Positions 1 to 9,571 of a stretch of DNA of 64,000 nucleotides are shown piece by piece. The DNA lies in the NCBI GenBank assembly GCA_023269085.1, contig JAHFML010000002.1:1266-65265 (forward strand), in the 5' to 3' direction. Under the pieces are notes generated by a model, which worked only from the letters and a program-made list of their open reading frames with translations, did not search any database and was not told where the DNA came from. Source of the stretch: a bacterium (GTDB taxonomy: Bacteria; Patescibacteriota; Minisyncoccia; Phycocordibacterales; Phycocordibacteraceae). Numbering within the stretch: the stretch's first letter is position 1; each line of letters begins with the position of its first letter. The translations under genes were made by a program, and so were the position numbers.

Positions 1-1684
1 GGGCCTCACGCCCGAGCTCTTGCCGATGATTATTACCTTGAATCTCACCAAGGGCTCGCTCGCGATGGCGAAGCGCGGCGTGATCGTGAAGCGACTCTCG
101 GCTATCCAGAACTTCGGTTCGATCGACATCCTCGCGACTGACAAGACGGGGACGTTGACCGAAGACCGCATCACGCTCGTGCGTACCGTCGACATGAGCG
201 GAAAGGACGACGCCGAGGTTTTCCGGCTCGCCTACCTCACGACCGCCTTCCATTCGCGCCTTGAGACGCCGATCGACGTCGCCATTCGCGAGCATGGGAG
301 CCCGGACATTGCCGCGTATCGCAAGGTCGATGAGATCCCTTTCGACTATGAGCGCAAGCGCGACTCGATGGTGGTCGCGCGCGGCGATGAGCATCTCCTC
401 ATCGCCAAGGGCGCGCCTGAAGAGATCATCCGCGATTGCGCTACTCTCGGAGAGTCGTCGGTGCCTTTTTCTGACGAGATGAAGAGACAGGCGCTCACAG
501 AATACGAGAAGCTTTCGAGCGGCGGCTTCCGCGTCCTCGCGGTCGCGACGAAGGCGGTCGAAGCGAAAGAGCAGTATGAAAAGGATGATGAGCAAGAGCT
601 CGTCTTCGCGGGCTTCGCGGCCTTCCTCGATCCGCCCAAAGCCTCTGCGACCGATGCGCTCGCTCGGATGCGAGCGTACGGCATCGCGGTCAAGATTCTC
701 ACGGGCGACAATGCGGCCGTCACGCTCCGCATCGCGCACGACATTGGCTTGCCCGAGACCGAGGCAGTCGAGGGCGCCGCGCTCGCGGCCATGTCAGACG
801 CAGAAGTAGCGAAGGTGGTCGAGGAGCGCGCGATATTCGTTCGGCTCTTGCCCGAGCAGAAGCGACGCATCATCATGGCTCTCCAAGCGAATGGCCATGT
901 GGTCGGCTACTTGGGCGATGGCGTGAACGATGCGCCCTCGCTTGCCGCGGCCGATGTCGGCATCTCGGTCGAGAACGCGGTCGACGTCGCACGCGCGACC
1001 GCCGACCTCATCCTCCTGCGCAAGTCGCTCGCCGACCTTGTCGAGGGAGTGATCGAGGGCCGCCGCACCTTCGCTAATACGCTCAAATATATGATGATGG
1101 ATTTGAGCTCAAACTTCGGCAACATGTTCTCGATGGCGGCGGCCTCAATCGTACTCCCGTTCCTCCCGATGCGCTCTACCCAGATCTTGCTCGGCAACCT
1201 GCTTTATGATGGTTCGCAAATGGCGCTTCCGTTCGATACGGTCGATGATGAGGACATGATTCGTCCGCGTAAGATCAGCATCCCGTTCTTGCGGCGCTTT
1301 ATGATCTACTTCGGCCTCATATCCTCGGTCTTCGATATCACGACCTTCGTGGTGCTCGCGCTCGTCTTCCATCTCGCCGGCTCCGCCTTCCAGACTGGCT
1401 GGTTCCTCGAATCGATAGCGACACAGACGTTCGTCATCTACATCACCCGCACGCGGAAGATGCCCTTCATCGAGAGCGCACCGGCGAAGATCCTCATCGC
1501 GAGCACGCTCGGCACCGTGCTCGTCGCGTGGGCTATTGTGTGGAGCCCGTGGGCGGCGCTCTTCGCCTTTGTCGCGCCCTCAGCACTGCTCGCGCTCACG
1601 ATACTCGGCATCACCATCGCCTATCTCATGGCCGTCGAGATTGGCCGCCGCCACTTCTATGCTCGTTTGAGCGCGGCCGCGTGA
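1..1684 (+). CDS. mgtA: P-type Mg2+-transporting ATPase, 5'-truncated by the window edge
   Basis: DKTGTLT phosphorylation motif, KGAPE, TGD and GDGVND motifs; SSNFGNMFS segment typical of MgtA/B. Confidence 0.85.
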   Translation, partial: GLTPELLPMIITLNLTKGSLAMAKRGVIVKRLSAIQNFGSIDILATDKTGTLTEDRITLVRTVDMSGKDDAEVFRLAYLTTAFHSRLETPIDVAIREHGSPDIAAYRKVDEIPFDYERKRDSMVVARGDEHLLIAKGAPEEIIRDCATLGESSVPFSDEMKRQALTEYEKLSSGGFRVLAVATKAVEAKEQYEKDDEQELVFAGFAAFLDPPKASATDALARMRAYGIAVKILTGDNAAVTLRIAHDIGLPETEAVEGAALAAMSDAEVAKVVEERAIFVRLLPEQKRRIIMALQANGHVVGYLGDGVNDAPSLAAADVGISVENAVDVARATADLILLRKSLADLVEGVIEGRRTFANTLKYMMMDLSSNFGNMFSMAAASIVLPFLPMRSTQILLGNLLYDGSQMALPFDTVDDEDMIRPRKISIPFLRRFMIYFGLISSVFDITTFVVLALVFHLAGSAFQTGWFLESIATQTFVIYITRTRKMPFIESAPAKILIASTLGTVLVAWAIVWSPWAALFAFVAPSALLALTILGITIAYLMAVEIGRRHFYARLSAAA

Positions 1685-1696
1685 TACTATTGAGAC

Positions 1697-2236
1697 ATGA
1701 ATATCCACCCGCTGTTCGTCCATTTCCCGATCGCCTTATTCATCATCTATTCGGTGCTTGAGATCGGGAGCTACTTTTGCAAGCGTCTGCGCAGACAGAG
1801 CTGGCTCGCGCCGGTGAAGCAGTTTCTCGTCCTAGTCGGCTTCTTGGCGATGTTCACCGCGCTCGTGACCGGTGGTATGGCTGAAGATGCGCTCGGTGCC
1901 GGAGACCCGCGCGCGGCCGTCGTGGCCGTGCATGAGCCCTTCGCGCTCCTCACCACGCTCATCTACTTCTTCCTCGCTGGCGCGTACACCGTCCGCATCT
2001 TTGACCAAGAGGGGTGGGCGCTTCGCATCATCGGCAAGAATCGTCTCCTGCATCGTATCTGGCATATGAAGAAAGCGTTTGCGCGAATCATTCTCGACAC
2101 CGTGCTCCGACCGCTTCTCGCGCTCGCGGGTCTCGTCAGTATCACTATCACCGGTGCGCTCGGCGCGGCTATCGTCTATGGCCCAAGCGTCGACCCGATC
2201 GTCTCCTTCATCTATCACCTCTTCTTCGCGCGCTAA
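1697..2236 (+). CDS. DUF2231-like membrane protein
   Basis: N-terminal HPLFVHFPIAL motif, several TM helices, C-terminal G..G..IVYG. Confidence 0.7.
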   Translation: MNIHPLFVHFPIALFIIYSVLEIGSYFCKRLRRQSWLAPVKQFLVLVGFLAMFTALVTGGMAEDALGAGDPRAAVVAVHEPFALLTTLIYFFLAGAYTVRIFDQEGWALRIIGKNRLLHRIWHMKKAFARIILDTVLRPLLALAGLVSITITGALGAAIVYGPSVDPIVSFIYHLFFAR

Positions 2237-2240
2237 ATAA

Positions 2241-2399
2241 TTAGCGACTCATGTTGAAGGCAATATAAATACCGATAATGCCGCCGACCGCGGCGAGGAT
2301 GACCGAAGAGAAGGAGAACATATCCGCGCCCCACAGGCTCGGCAACATCTCGCCGATAGTCGAGCCCAGCGCCATCCCTCCCCATACTGCTTGCTTCAT
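2241..2399 (-). CDS. small 52-aa membrane protein (MKQAVWGGMALGSTIGEMLPSLWGADMFSF...)
   Basis: Read manually in a frame absent from the ORF track; TATACT 6 nt before ATG; Gly-rich hydrophobic helices. Confidence 0.65.
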   Translation of the reverse strand: MKQAVWGGMALGSTIGEMLPSLWGADMFSFSSVILAAVGGIIGIYIAFNMSR

Positions 2400-2417
2400 G
2401 TAATGAGTATAGCAACC

Positions 2418-2879
2418 TTACCGTATCCCGCTATCAAATTGCAGATTCAAACTGGCGCGATTGTTGAGTGTGACCGTGAAGGTGACGGGGCTGAGGCTGG
2501 GGAGTGAGTTATTTGATGCGGCGCCGATCGTGTAGTCGCCCGGAGCAAGCTCATGCGAGAAGTATCCGCTCGTGTCTGTCACTACGACGAGATCACTCAA
2601 GACTCGCGAGACGCTCGATATGACAAGGGTCGTTTGGTAAGGCCGGGGTGCACAAGCCGGGTCAGCGGGGAAGCGTTCGACGGGGCAGACGGGGCCGATA
2701 GTTACCACACCCTCAACCCCCGTGGCAACTTGGCCCGGCCGCGCGACGGGGAGCGTCGTGCTCGCGACCGGCACTACTACGGGCTTAGTCTCGTGAGCGA
2801 GGATAGCCTCGACCAAGGGCGGCACCCAGAGCTTCTCGGTACCTAAGAGCCCGATGCCGATGATAATAAGGATTTTCAT
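2418..2879 (-). CDS. exported beta-sandwich (carboxypeptidase-regulatory-like) protein
   Basis: Hydrophobic N-terminus, GPVCPVE...C motif, TD.SG.F...L.PG.Y. Confidence 0.55.
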   Translation of the reverse strand: MKILIIIGIGLLGTEKLWVPPLVEAILAHETKPVVVPVASTTLPVARPGQVATGVEGVVTIGPVCPVERFPADPACAPRPYQTTLVISSVSRVLSDLVVVTDTSGYFSHELAPGDYTIGAASNNSLPSLSPVTFTVTLNNRASLNLQFDSGIR

Positions 2880-2889
2880 CTAAGGGTAC

Positions 2890-3309
2890 CTAATCGGGTT
2901 GAATAAAGCGGCCCAAATCGCCGTTCAGGATAACTGGATCGAACCCGAGGATCTCGTCGTGAAGAATACCTTCGGGAACCGCGTGGTACAGAAATATCTT
3001 CTTGCCGAGCCTAAAGGCGTCGTACATCTCGAGGAATGTCCCGCCCCCTATATAATTCTTGATCCCGTTCTTCTCAAAATTCAAAACGAACACGGCGTCG
3101 ATCTTTTCGATGACTTCGGCGCTTTGACGGAACATCTGAGCCTTCCATGCGGCATGCACGGCGGCTCCTTGAGCACGATGCTGTTCTTCTCGAGAAGGGT
3201 CGTCATATGAATTGGGGAGGGTTATATGGTGATCGGCCTCTTCAAGCGCCTGCTTGATAGGCGGGATCTGATCATAGAAATGCTTACTGCAAATGAGGAA
3301 TATCTTCAT
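2890..3309 (-). CDS. nucleoside 2-deoxyribosyltransferase-like fold protein
   Basis: IDAVFVLN...YIGGGTFLEM...GKKIFL pattern. Confidence 0.5.
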   Translation of the reverse strand: MKIFLICSKHFYDQIPPIKQALEEADHHITLPNSYDDPSREEQHRAQGAAVHAAWKAQMFRQSAEVIEKIDAVFVLNFEKNGIKNYIGGGTFLEMYDAFRLGKKIFLYHAVPEGILHDEILGFDPVILNGDLGRFIQPD

Positions 3310-3310
3310 T

Positions 3311-3622
3311 CTATTTCACGAATGACGTGCAGAGGAGGAGTGCCGCGAGCAGGAGGACGAAGACCGCGAAGGTCCCGACGGTTTTTATGAGGAAAGAGAG
3401 CGCCTGCGGCTTGCTTCCTTCGAGGAAGAGGGCGAGCGGCTCATACACGAACAAGATGCCCATCACCGCCGTCGAGAGGACGAAGAGGCTCAGCATCGTC
3501 AGTGGCGCGAGCAGGGTGTCGGGTGTGCGTACCGCGATCGAGGAGGTCGTGTTGATGATCAAAATAATCGCGGCGATATATCCGAGCGCCATGAACGCGT
3601 TGAAATGTGGGTTTTTCAGCAT
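3311..3622 (-). CDS. hypothetical 3-TM membrane protein
   Basis: Start MLKNP lies 6 nt after TATACT; three hydrophobic segments. Confidence 0.65.
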   Translation of the reverse strand: MLKNPHFNAFMALGYIAAIILIINTTSSIAVRTPDTLLAPLTMLSLFVLSTAVMGILFVYEPLALFLEGSKPQALSFLIKTVGTFAVFVLLLAALLLCTSFVK

Positions 3623-3662
3623 GTCTCTAGTATAGCAGGCTACGGACGGGTATACTCTTCTT

Positions 3663-4046
3663 ATGACCGAAGGCGCTCCAAAATTCGAAAACCCTCTCCA
3701 GAGTAAAGAGGCGCTCAAACGGGAGAAGATTGCATTGGCTAAAGAGCTATTTGAAAGCCGAGAGAGCTTCTCTTTCCCCGGCGTTGGTCCAGACTCTTAT
3801 GCAGAATTAAAGGCTGGTGATGGGGAAGATCCTGGTTATACGACCCCTACTGATAAAATCCTGGAACGAATGCAGAACGAGGGGATGAAGATTGTCTTAG
3901 GGAAACATCCGGAAAGTGGAAATATTTTCGTTTTGCCATTCCAAAGTGATGACATTGAGAATGATTCAATTTCCCCGCGACACTTGCTAGTCGAGGGAGT
4001 AGAGGACGAGAAATTAAAAAGGCTTATCGCTTTGAGTAAGAGCTGA
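3663..4046 (+). CDS. hypothetical acidic protein
   Basis: 127-aa ORF, TATACT 6 nt upstream, lower GC. Confidence 0.65.
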   Translation: MTEGAPKFENPLQSKEALKREKIALAKELFESRESFSFPGVGPDSYAELKAGDGEDPGYTTPTDKILERMQNEGMKIVLGKHPESGNIFVLPFQSDDIENDSISPRHLLVEGVEDEKLKRLIALSKS

Positions 4047-4148
4047 TTAGAAATCAAAGCAGAAGCGTCGTGACGGATATAGTAGACGACATAATAGGCT
4101 ATCGCACTCGTCACCCAAGCGATGATTAGACAGTAAGAGCCACCCTCG

Positions 4149-4391
4149 CTACTTAGCACCTCCTGAACTTTCTTTGTATAAAGAAGTCACTATTAATTTA
4201 GCTAGTTTTTGCCTCTCGTCTTTCACATCCATACACCATGCGTGACCTCTTGTTGTAATAATCGCCTCAAGATATTTCTCTAGGTCTCGGCGCGAGTCGA
4301 TGATTGGTTTTGTGCACAAATATCTTTTTGCCTCTTGATAGTCACCAACATTCATTATCTCAATCCTTGATCGCTTCGGTTTATTCGTCAA
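4149..4391 (-). CDS. hypothetical protein
   Basis: 80-aa ORF with a 4-bp ATGA overlap with the DpnI-like gene. Confidence 0.5.
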   Translation of the reverse strand: MTNKPKRSRIEIMNVGDYQEAKRYLCTKPIIDSRRDLEKYLEAIITTRGHAWCMDVKDERQKLAKLIVTSLYKESSGGAK

Positions 4392-4819
4392 TGGCTATGC
4401 AGTACAAAATACGGCAGTTTGTCCATCCCCACATACGTAAACATCTCATAGTTTGCACGGCGAGCCGTTTCAGAAAGCTTGTAATTCGAGAGATTCTTCT
4501 TCGGCACAAAGGGATAAAAACGTATCTCTTGTTTCTGGCTCTCTTTTTCCTTCCATTTGAAATTAAGGAAGAGCGGCGGTGTCATGTATCCAGCCTTGAG
4601 AACTTTATTCATGATTTGCCAACCGGCACCGAAAACGACCGCCTTTGGTTTGTTCCGACTGGTCTTCACCTGTGCTCGGAAAGAGCATCCCGTGCACTGC
4701 ACATCAAAGAGGGGGTAATTCGGTGGGAGTATCATGAGGGATTTCCCACAATTCGGGCAAGGGACTAAAGCAACCACTTCGAGTTCTCCCGCATCGCCAA
4801 CTGGATGGTTGTTTGCCAT
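4388..4819 (-). CDS. DpnI/DRP-like restriction endonuclease catalytic domain, no winged helix
   Basis: CPNCG...P..D..C..C....QVK...GA motif order matches the DpnI N-terminal Zn-binding PD-(D/E)XK domain. Confidence 0.65.
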   Translation of the reverse strand: MANNHPVGDAGELEVVALVPCPNCGKSLMILPPNYPLFDVQCTGCSFRAQVKTSRNKPKAVVFGAGWQIMNKVLKAGYMTPPLFLNFKWKEKESQKQEIRFYPFVPKKNLSNYKLSETARRANYEMFTYVGMDKLPYFVLHSH

Positions 4820-4936
4820 GCAGGAAGTAGATCATTTATAGATCTCGCGCGCAATGTCCTCGAGCCTTCGTTTTTCTCTCAGTAGCAAAAAGCGGCCATG
4901 TTTCGTAAAAGTTAACAATTTCTAGTAGAGATACTT

Positions 4937-5614
4937 TTATTTTAAATATAAGAGCCGATATCTTTTATCGAGAGGTTGCAGCCTTACTGTCTCTACGATG
5001 TTTCGACGACCAGCATCAAAAGTAAGCCCACGTTGAGTGAGGGTGTCTCTAGCTTGTATTTTGGTTATGATTGGATATCCATTATTCAAATCTAATTCTG
5101 GGAAATCTATCTTCGGATGACCCTTTTCCCATAAGCTAAAGGCTTTTTCTCCTTTATAAACAAACCAAATCTTCGAAAAAGAAGAATCCATGGAAGCAGC
5201 GGATCTTTTTAATAAGTCTATTGTTACTGAATCAAATTCGAAAAAAGGGAACTCTAAAAGATCTGAATGCACAATTAACCACACCTCTTGCGCGCCACTT
5301 CTATCTGTGTACTCCTTAATACGTTTTTGCTTATTTTCTATAGTTTGTCGAAGCCAAATATGAGGTTCATTGGGTATGATTATTTCATAGGCTTTGCCAT
5401 GCTTTAAGCGTTTGATGGTCTTAGACCAAGACATTGCTCGTTCCATACTCAGATGACAGCAGTCTGCAGCTATTTTCTTACCGTCTATAGCGAACACCCA
5501 ATCAGGTTTATCAACAACATCAAGGTCGTCGATTACGCTAAACAAATTTTCTTTCAGAACAGATTTGACGGCATCTATGGCCAGTTGCTCGTTTTTAGTC
5601 CTTGTCTTGCGCAT
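4937..5614 (-). CDS. hypothetical protein, possible PD-(D/E)XK-fold nuclease
   Basis: Low GC; DKPDW...KIAAD pattern; later K...Y...WLIV helix-strand segment. Confidence 0.5.
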   Translation of the reverse strand: MRKTRTKNEQLAIDAVKSVLKENLFSVIDDLDVVDKPDWVFAIDGKKIAADCCHLSMERAMSWSKTIKRLKHGKAYEIIIPNEPHIWLRQTIENKQKRIKEYTDRSGAQEVWLIVHSDLLEFPFFEFDSVTIDLLKRSAASMDSSFSKIWFVYKGEKAFSLWEKGHPKIDFPELDLNNGYPIITKIQARDTLTQRGLTFDAGRRNIVETVRLQPLDKRYRLLYLK

Positions 5615-5707
5615 GTTATTTATTTCTTTTTACGATACAGATCTGTTTTGATCTTGATGCGTAAGTCACATGGAGTAGTCCTATGTAAGCATTTGTTTGC
5701 AATAAAT

Positions 5708-6010
5708 TTACTTCTTATTTTTAAAATTCGACACGTTTTTCATTTCATTTACTTGTTCAATCAAATTATCTGCGAGAGTTTGATGAACTGACTCATAGAA
5801 TTTATCTCCAGGCTTACTTCTGTCTAATTCGTCTGCTTTTATCATAAGCCAATGAAGCCACTCCTTAGGAACCTCAACCATTTTCTGGGAATTTTTCCAG
5901 TCCTGGTAAATTAAAAATATAACACTTACTAATATCAAAATATTTAGAAGATTCATGAGTATATGTATACTACCGCTGAGCAGTATTTCTGTAAACGATT
6001 CAAACGACAT
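5708..6010 (-). CDS. hypothetical protein with N-terminal TM helix
   Basis: 100-aa low-GC ORF. Confidence 0.5.
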   Translation of the reverse strand: MSFESFTEILLSGSIHILMNLLNILILVSVIFLIYQDWKNSQKMVEVPKEWLHWLMIKADELDRSKPGDKFYESVHQTLADNLIEQVNEMKNVSNFKNKK

Positions 6011-6031
6011 GTCTCGTGTGGGTAGCCTTAT

Positions 6032-6283
6032 TCAAATTGATTTGCTCGCGACTAAAGCAAACTTCTTCTCTCGCCGCCAGCCCTTAAGCTCGGTCTCGCG
6101 CTGGCGCGCTTCGCGGAGCGTCGAGAAAGTCTCGTGATACAGGAGTGTCACAGGTCGACGGGTTTTAGTATAATGCGCGCCCCATTTTGAATCGTTATGT
6201 TGCTTCATCCTCCTCTCGAGATCATTGGTGCATCCGACATAGAGAGACTGGTCAGCGCATTCGAGGATGTAGGTGAAATACAT
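6032..6283 (-). CDS. GIY-YIG nuclease (YhbQ/UPF0213 family)
   Basis: YFTYIL...LYVGCT.DL.RR..QHN...GA.YT..RRPV...A..RE..LK. Confidence 0.9.
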   Translation of the reverse strand: MYFTYILECADQSLYVGCTNDLERRMKQHNDSKWGAHYTKTRRPVTLLYHETFSTLREARQRETELKGWRREKKFALVASKSI

Positions 6284-6413
6284 AGTGGTATCATACCGCC
6301 CTTTCTCGAAGACTCGTCAGGGTCTTCGTCGCATTGAGTTTGAGAGTACAAGCAAATAACCACACGCGTGATTAGCGGGGGCCGAAGGCTCTGAGGAGCG
6401 GAGCGACGAAGAG

Positions 6414-6484
6414 CTGCGGGACAGGGATTCGAACCCCGGTGACAACATTCAGAGTGTTGCATCCTACCACTAGATGATCCCGCA
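6414..6484 (-). tRNA. tRNA-Gln(CTG)
   Basis: Cloverleaf; anticodon arm caaca-ctCTGaa-tgttg; GGTTCGAATCC; no encoded CCA. Confidence 0.92.
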
Positions 6485-6542
6485 ATACAGAGACAATACG
6501 GCATCGAGCGCGATTATTCAATATGCAGTATGGTTAGCCTAT

Positions 6543-7793
6543 ATGAAGCCCGCGGCAGAGAATCAGTATGAGGTCATCGTGGTCGGTGGCGGGGCCTCGG
6601 GGATGATGGCGGCAGGGCGTGCGGCCGCGCGGGGTCAAAGGGTCCTCCTCATCGAGAAGAATGCGCGGCTCGGCGAGAAGCTACGCATCACCGGCGGCGG
6701 GCGCTGTAATATCACGAACGCCGAGGAGGATACGCATCGCCTCCTCGCGCACTATGGCGCGGCGGCGAAGTTCCTCTATTCGGCCTTCGCACAGTTCGGG
6801 ATGCGCGATACCTTCTCATTTTTTGAATCCCGCGGATTGCCGCTCATGGTCGAGGCGGGCCAGCGCGCCTTCCCCGAGAGCGAGAAGGCGAGTGATGTGG
6901 TCGTCGCGCTCGAGCGGTATCTCGCAGAGGGAGCGGTCGAGGTGCGCACGAGCACAACGGTGCAGAAGGTCGTGGCGAATGGCGCTCGGGTCGACGCAGT
7001 CGAGACGAGCGCCGGCGCATTCTCGGCGCAATCTTTTATCTTCGCGACCGGCGGCGTCTCGCACCCCGAGACCGGCTCGACCGGCGACGGCTTCGCGTGG
7101 CTTGGCGAGCTCGGCCACCGGGTGGCATCGCCTTCGCCGACTCTCGTCCCGCTCAAGGTGCAAGAGGCGTGGGCGCACGAGCTCGCGGGCGTCACGCTCG
7201 CGAGCGCGAAGATCACCTTCGCGGTAGATGGCGTGAAGAGGTTCTCGCGCTCGGGGCCGCTCCTCTTCACCCACTTCGGCATCTCGGGGCCGACGGTGCT
7301 CAACAGCGCGGGGAAGGTCGCCGTGTTGCTAGAAGAAGGCATCGTCACGGCACAAGTCGATCTCTTCGCGGGCGTTGACGAGGGCGCGCTCGATCGCCAG
7401 CTGTCTCTGCACTTCATCGCGAACAAGAATAAGTCAGTGAAGAATGCGCTACGAGATTTTATACCACCCGGCATGAGTGACGCACTCGTAGCACTCATCG
7501 CCGACCTCGATGAGGAGACGAAGGTGCACAGCGTGACGAAGGAGAGCCGCCGTGCGCTCGTCGCACTCGCGAAGCGTCTGCCGCTCACTATCACTGGGCT
7601 GATGGGGCTCGACCGCGCGGTCGTCGCCGACGGCGGGCTCCCGCTCACCGAGATCGATCCGCGCACGATGCGAAGCGTGCGCTATGAGAATCTCTTCGTG
7701 ACGGGCGACCTGCTCAACATCGTGCGCCCTTCAGGCGGCTACTCGCTCCAGCTCTGTTGGACGACGGGAATGGTCGCCGGCAGTCACGCGTAG
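6543..7793 (+). CDS. HI0933/YhiN/BaiN-family flavoprotein
   Basis: GGGASG, G.KL.ITGGGRCNITN, GSTGDG, LFTHFGISGP and GGY.LQ motifs. Confidence 0.9.
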   Translation: MKPAAENQYEVIVVGGGASGMMAAGRAAARGQRVLLIEKNARLGEKLRITGGGRCNITNAEEDTHRLLAHYGAAAKFLYSAFAQFGMRDTFSFFESRGLPLMVEAGQRAFPESEKASDVVVALERYLAEGAVEVRTSTTVQKVVANGARVDAVETSAGAFSAQSFIFATGGVSHPETGSTGDGFAWLGELGHRVASPSPTLVPLKVQEAWAHELAGVTLASAKITFAVDGVKRFSRSGPLLFTHFGISGPTVLNSAGKVAVLLEEGIVTAQVDLFAGVDEGALDRQLSLHFIANKNKSVKNALRDFIPPGMSDALVALIADLDEETKVHSVTKESRRALVALAKRLPLTITGLMGLDRAVVADGGLPLTEIDPRTMRSVRYENLFVTGDLLNIVRPSGGYSLQLCWTTGMVAGSHA

Positions 7794-7830
7794 CTCGCAA
7801 AAATCGAGAAGTGAGGTAGTGTGGAGCTAT

Positions 7831-8439
7831 ATGGCGCTTGCTATCACCAAGGTTGAATCAGCCGATTTTGTAAAAGGGGTCATCGGGACGGATGACGTCT
7901 TCACTGATGGCGTGCCCGAGATCGCCTTCGTCGGCCGCTCAAATGTCGGCAAGTCGAGCCTCATCAACTCGCTCACTGGCCGTAAAGCTCTGGTCAAAGT
8001 GGGGAACAAACCGGGCAAGACGACGGAGCTCAACTTCTTCTCTATCAACAATAAGAAGTGCTATTTCGTCGACCTGCCGGGTTATGGCTATGCCAAGGCG
8101 ACGCCGAAGCAGAGAGGGAAGATCGAGAAGCTCATCCTCTGGTACCTTATGTACTCGGGTGCACAGCCGCGACGAGTTGTCATTATTCTCGATGTGAAGG
8201 CGGGGCTCACGGACTTTGATCAAGAGATGGTCTGCGTGCTCTGCGAGCAGGGGCATCCGTACACAATCGTCGCGAACAAAGTGGACAAGCTGAATCAGAA
8301 GGAGCTCGCGGCCGCCCTAAAGGGGATACGCGCCGCCGCAGGCGGCGCGGAGGTATTCCCGTATTCGACCATGACCGAGCGCAACAAGGCGGAGCTCTTC
8401 GCTGCGGTCGTCGCCGACGAACATGTATCTGACGAATGA
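7831..8439 (+). CDS. engB: ribosome biogenesis GTPase YihA/YsxC
   Basis: GRSNVGKSS, PGKT, DLPGYG and NKVD motifs. Confidence 0.93.
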   Translation: MALAITKVESADFVKGVIGTDDVFTDGVPEIAFVGRSNVGKSSLINSLTGRKALVKVGNKPGKTTELNFFSINNKKCYFVDLPGYGYAKATPKQRGKIEKLILWYLMYSGAQPRRVVIILDVKAGLTDFDQEMVCVLCEQGHPYTIVANKVDKLNQKELAAALKGIRAAAGGAEVFPYSTMTERNKAELFAAVVADEHVSDE

Positions 8440-9166
8440 GCAGGCGAAGGCGAAGGTGCTCGCCCTGAAGTATGACGGCGCCCCGAGCGATGCCTATGCG
8501 GCCGACTGCGCGCGCATCGACGCGAGCGAGCCGTGGGAGTATGTGCTGGGGGCAGCCGACTTCCTCGACTGCACGATTGATCTCTCGGCACGGCCGATGG
8601 TCCCGCGCGATGAGACGGCGCATTGGGTCGCGCGCGTGATTGAAGAATGGAAGCATGAGCCTGCAGTGCAGGCACTCGACCTCTATGCCGGCTCGGGCAA
8701 TATCGGCATCGCGCTCGCCAAGCACCTGCCCACCGCAAACGTCACCTTCAACGAGCTGGATGAAAAATTGTTGCCACAAATAGCGAAGTCGCTTGAGCTA
8801 AACAGCATCGACGCGTCGCGCACGACCCTCATCGCGGGCGACAGTTTAGAAAAAATAGAAGGGAAGTTCGACCTCATCTGCGCGAACCCGCCGTATGTCG
8901 ACCCCGCGAGCGAGAACGAGATGGACCCCGAGATGCGGTATGAGCCGCACATCGCCTTCTTCGGTTCTCTTGACGGCATGGGGCATCACCGCGAGCTCAT
9001 ACGGGAAGGGAAAAGATATCTCACGCCACGCGGCGTGCTCTATGGCGAGTTCGACATGACGCAAGCAGATGAGATTAAAAAATTGCTCGCCGCGAGCGAT
9101 TGGCACTATGAGATATGGGACGACCCCTACGGCCACCCAGGGGTCATGGTGCTTCATGCAAGTTGA
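8423..9166 (+). CDS. prmC: release factor N5-glutamine methyltransferase
   Basis: EP..YVLG, VPR.ET, LDL..GSG.I and NPPY motifs. Confidence 0.85.
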   Translation: MYLTNEQAKAKVLALKYDGAPSDAYAADCARIDASEPWEYVLGAADFLDCTIDLSARPMVPRDETAHWVARVIEEWKHEPAVQALDLYAGSGNIGIALAKHLPTANVTFNELDEKLLPQIAKSLELNSIDASRTTLIAGDSLEKIEGKFDLICANPPYVDPASENEMDPEMRYEPHIAFFGSLDGMGHHRELIREGKRYLTPRGVLYGEFDMTQADEIKKLLAASDWHYEIWDDPYGHPGVMVLHAS

Positions 9167-9186
9167 GTAAGGTTCGACCTTACTCA
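9164..9186. repeat. REP-like palindrome, family B (TGAGTAAGGT-TCG-ACCTTACTCA); supplies the prmC stop codon
   Basis: 10-bp perfect stem; related copies at 46144, 46609, 46638 and 46874. Confidence 0.85.
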
Positions 9187-9260
9187 CTTGAGTGATGGTC
9201 TTGCGCGCGTCATAAAAAGATTGACCCCACGCAAGCGTGGAGTCGGGCGGCGATGGGCGG

Positions 9261-9494
9261 TCAAATGAGCTTAAGCTCGTTCTCGTAGTACACGTGAGAT
9301 GAGCCATTCGGAAAGGTTACTTTGCAAGACATGTAGCCTTCGTAGTAACCGAATCCGTTTCGGGTGACGCTACTTACCGTGCCCGTCTTGTTCGGAGAGT
9401 CCAAGACTTGCACCTTGTCGCCTGATTTAAGGCGGCTACTGAATTCCTTTTCGAGCCACTTCATAACCGCCTTCAAAAAACTTTTGATGTCCAT
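9261..9494 (-). CDS. small KOW/SH3-like hypothetical protein
   Basis: LKSGDKVQV...GTV...V.F pattern; SD-like AGAGGTG upstream. Confidence 0.55.
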   Translation of the reverse strand: MDIKSFLKAVMKWLEKEFSSRLKSGDKVQVLDSPNKTGTVSSVTRNGFGYYEGYMSCKVTFPNGSSHVYYENELKLI

Positions 9495-9571
9495 GGCGCA
9501 CCTCTATAGGTTGGTTGAACTACGGAACTTCCTGCAAAGCACCATATCACATCTATTTTGTAAGTACAGCA

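Noticed and set aside
2233-2415. 60-aa ORF from the track
   Set aside because: The alternative frame 2241-2399 gives a coherent membrane protein with a proper -10 spacing.
3836-4159. 107-aa minus-strand ORF
   Set aside because: It overlaps the better-supported 3663-4046 gene and has no promoter or motif.
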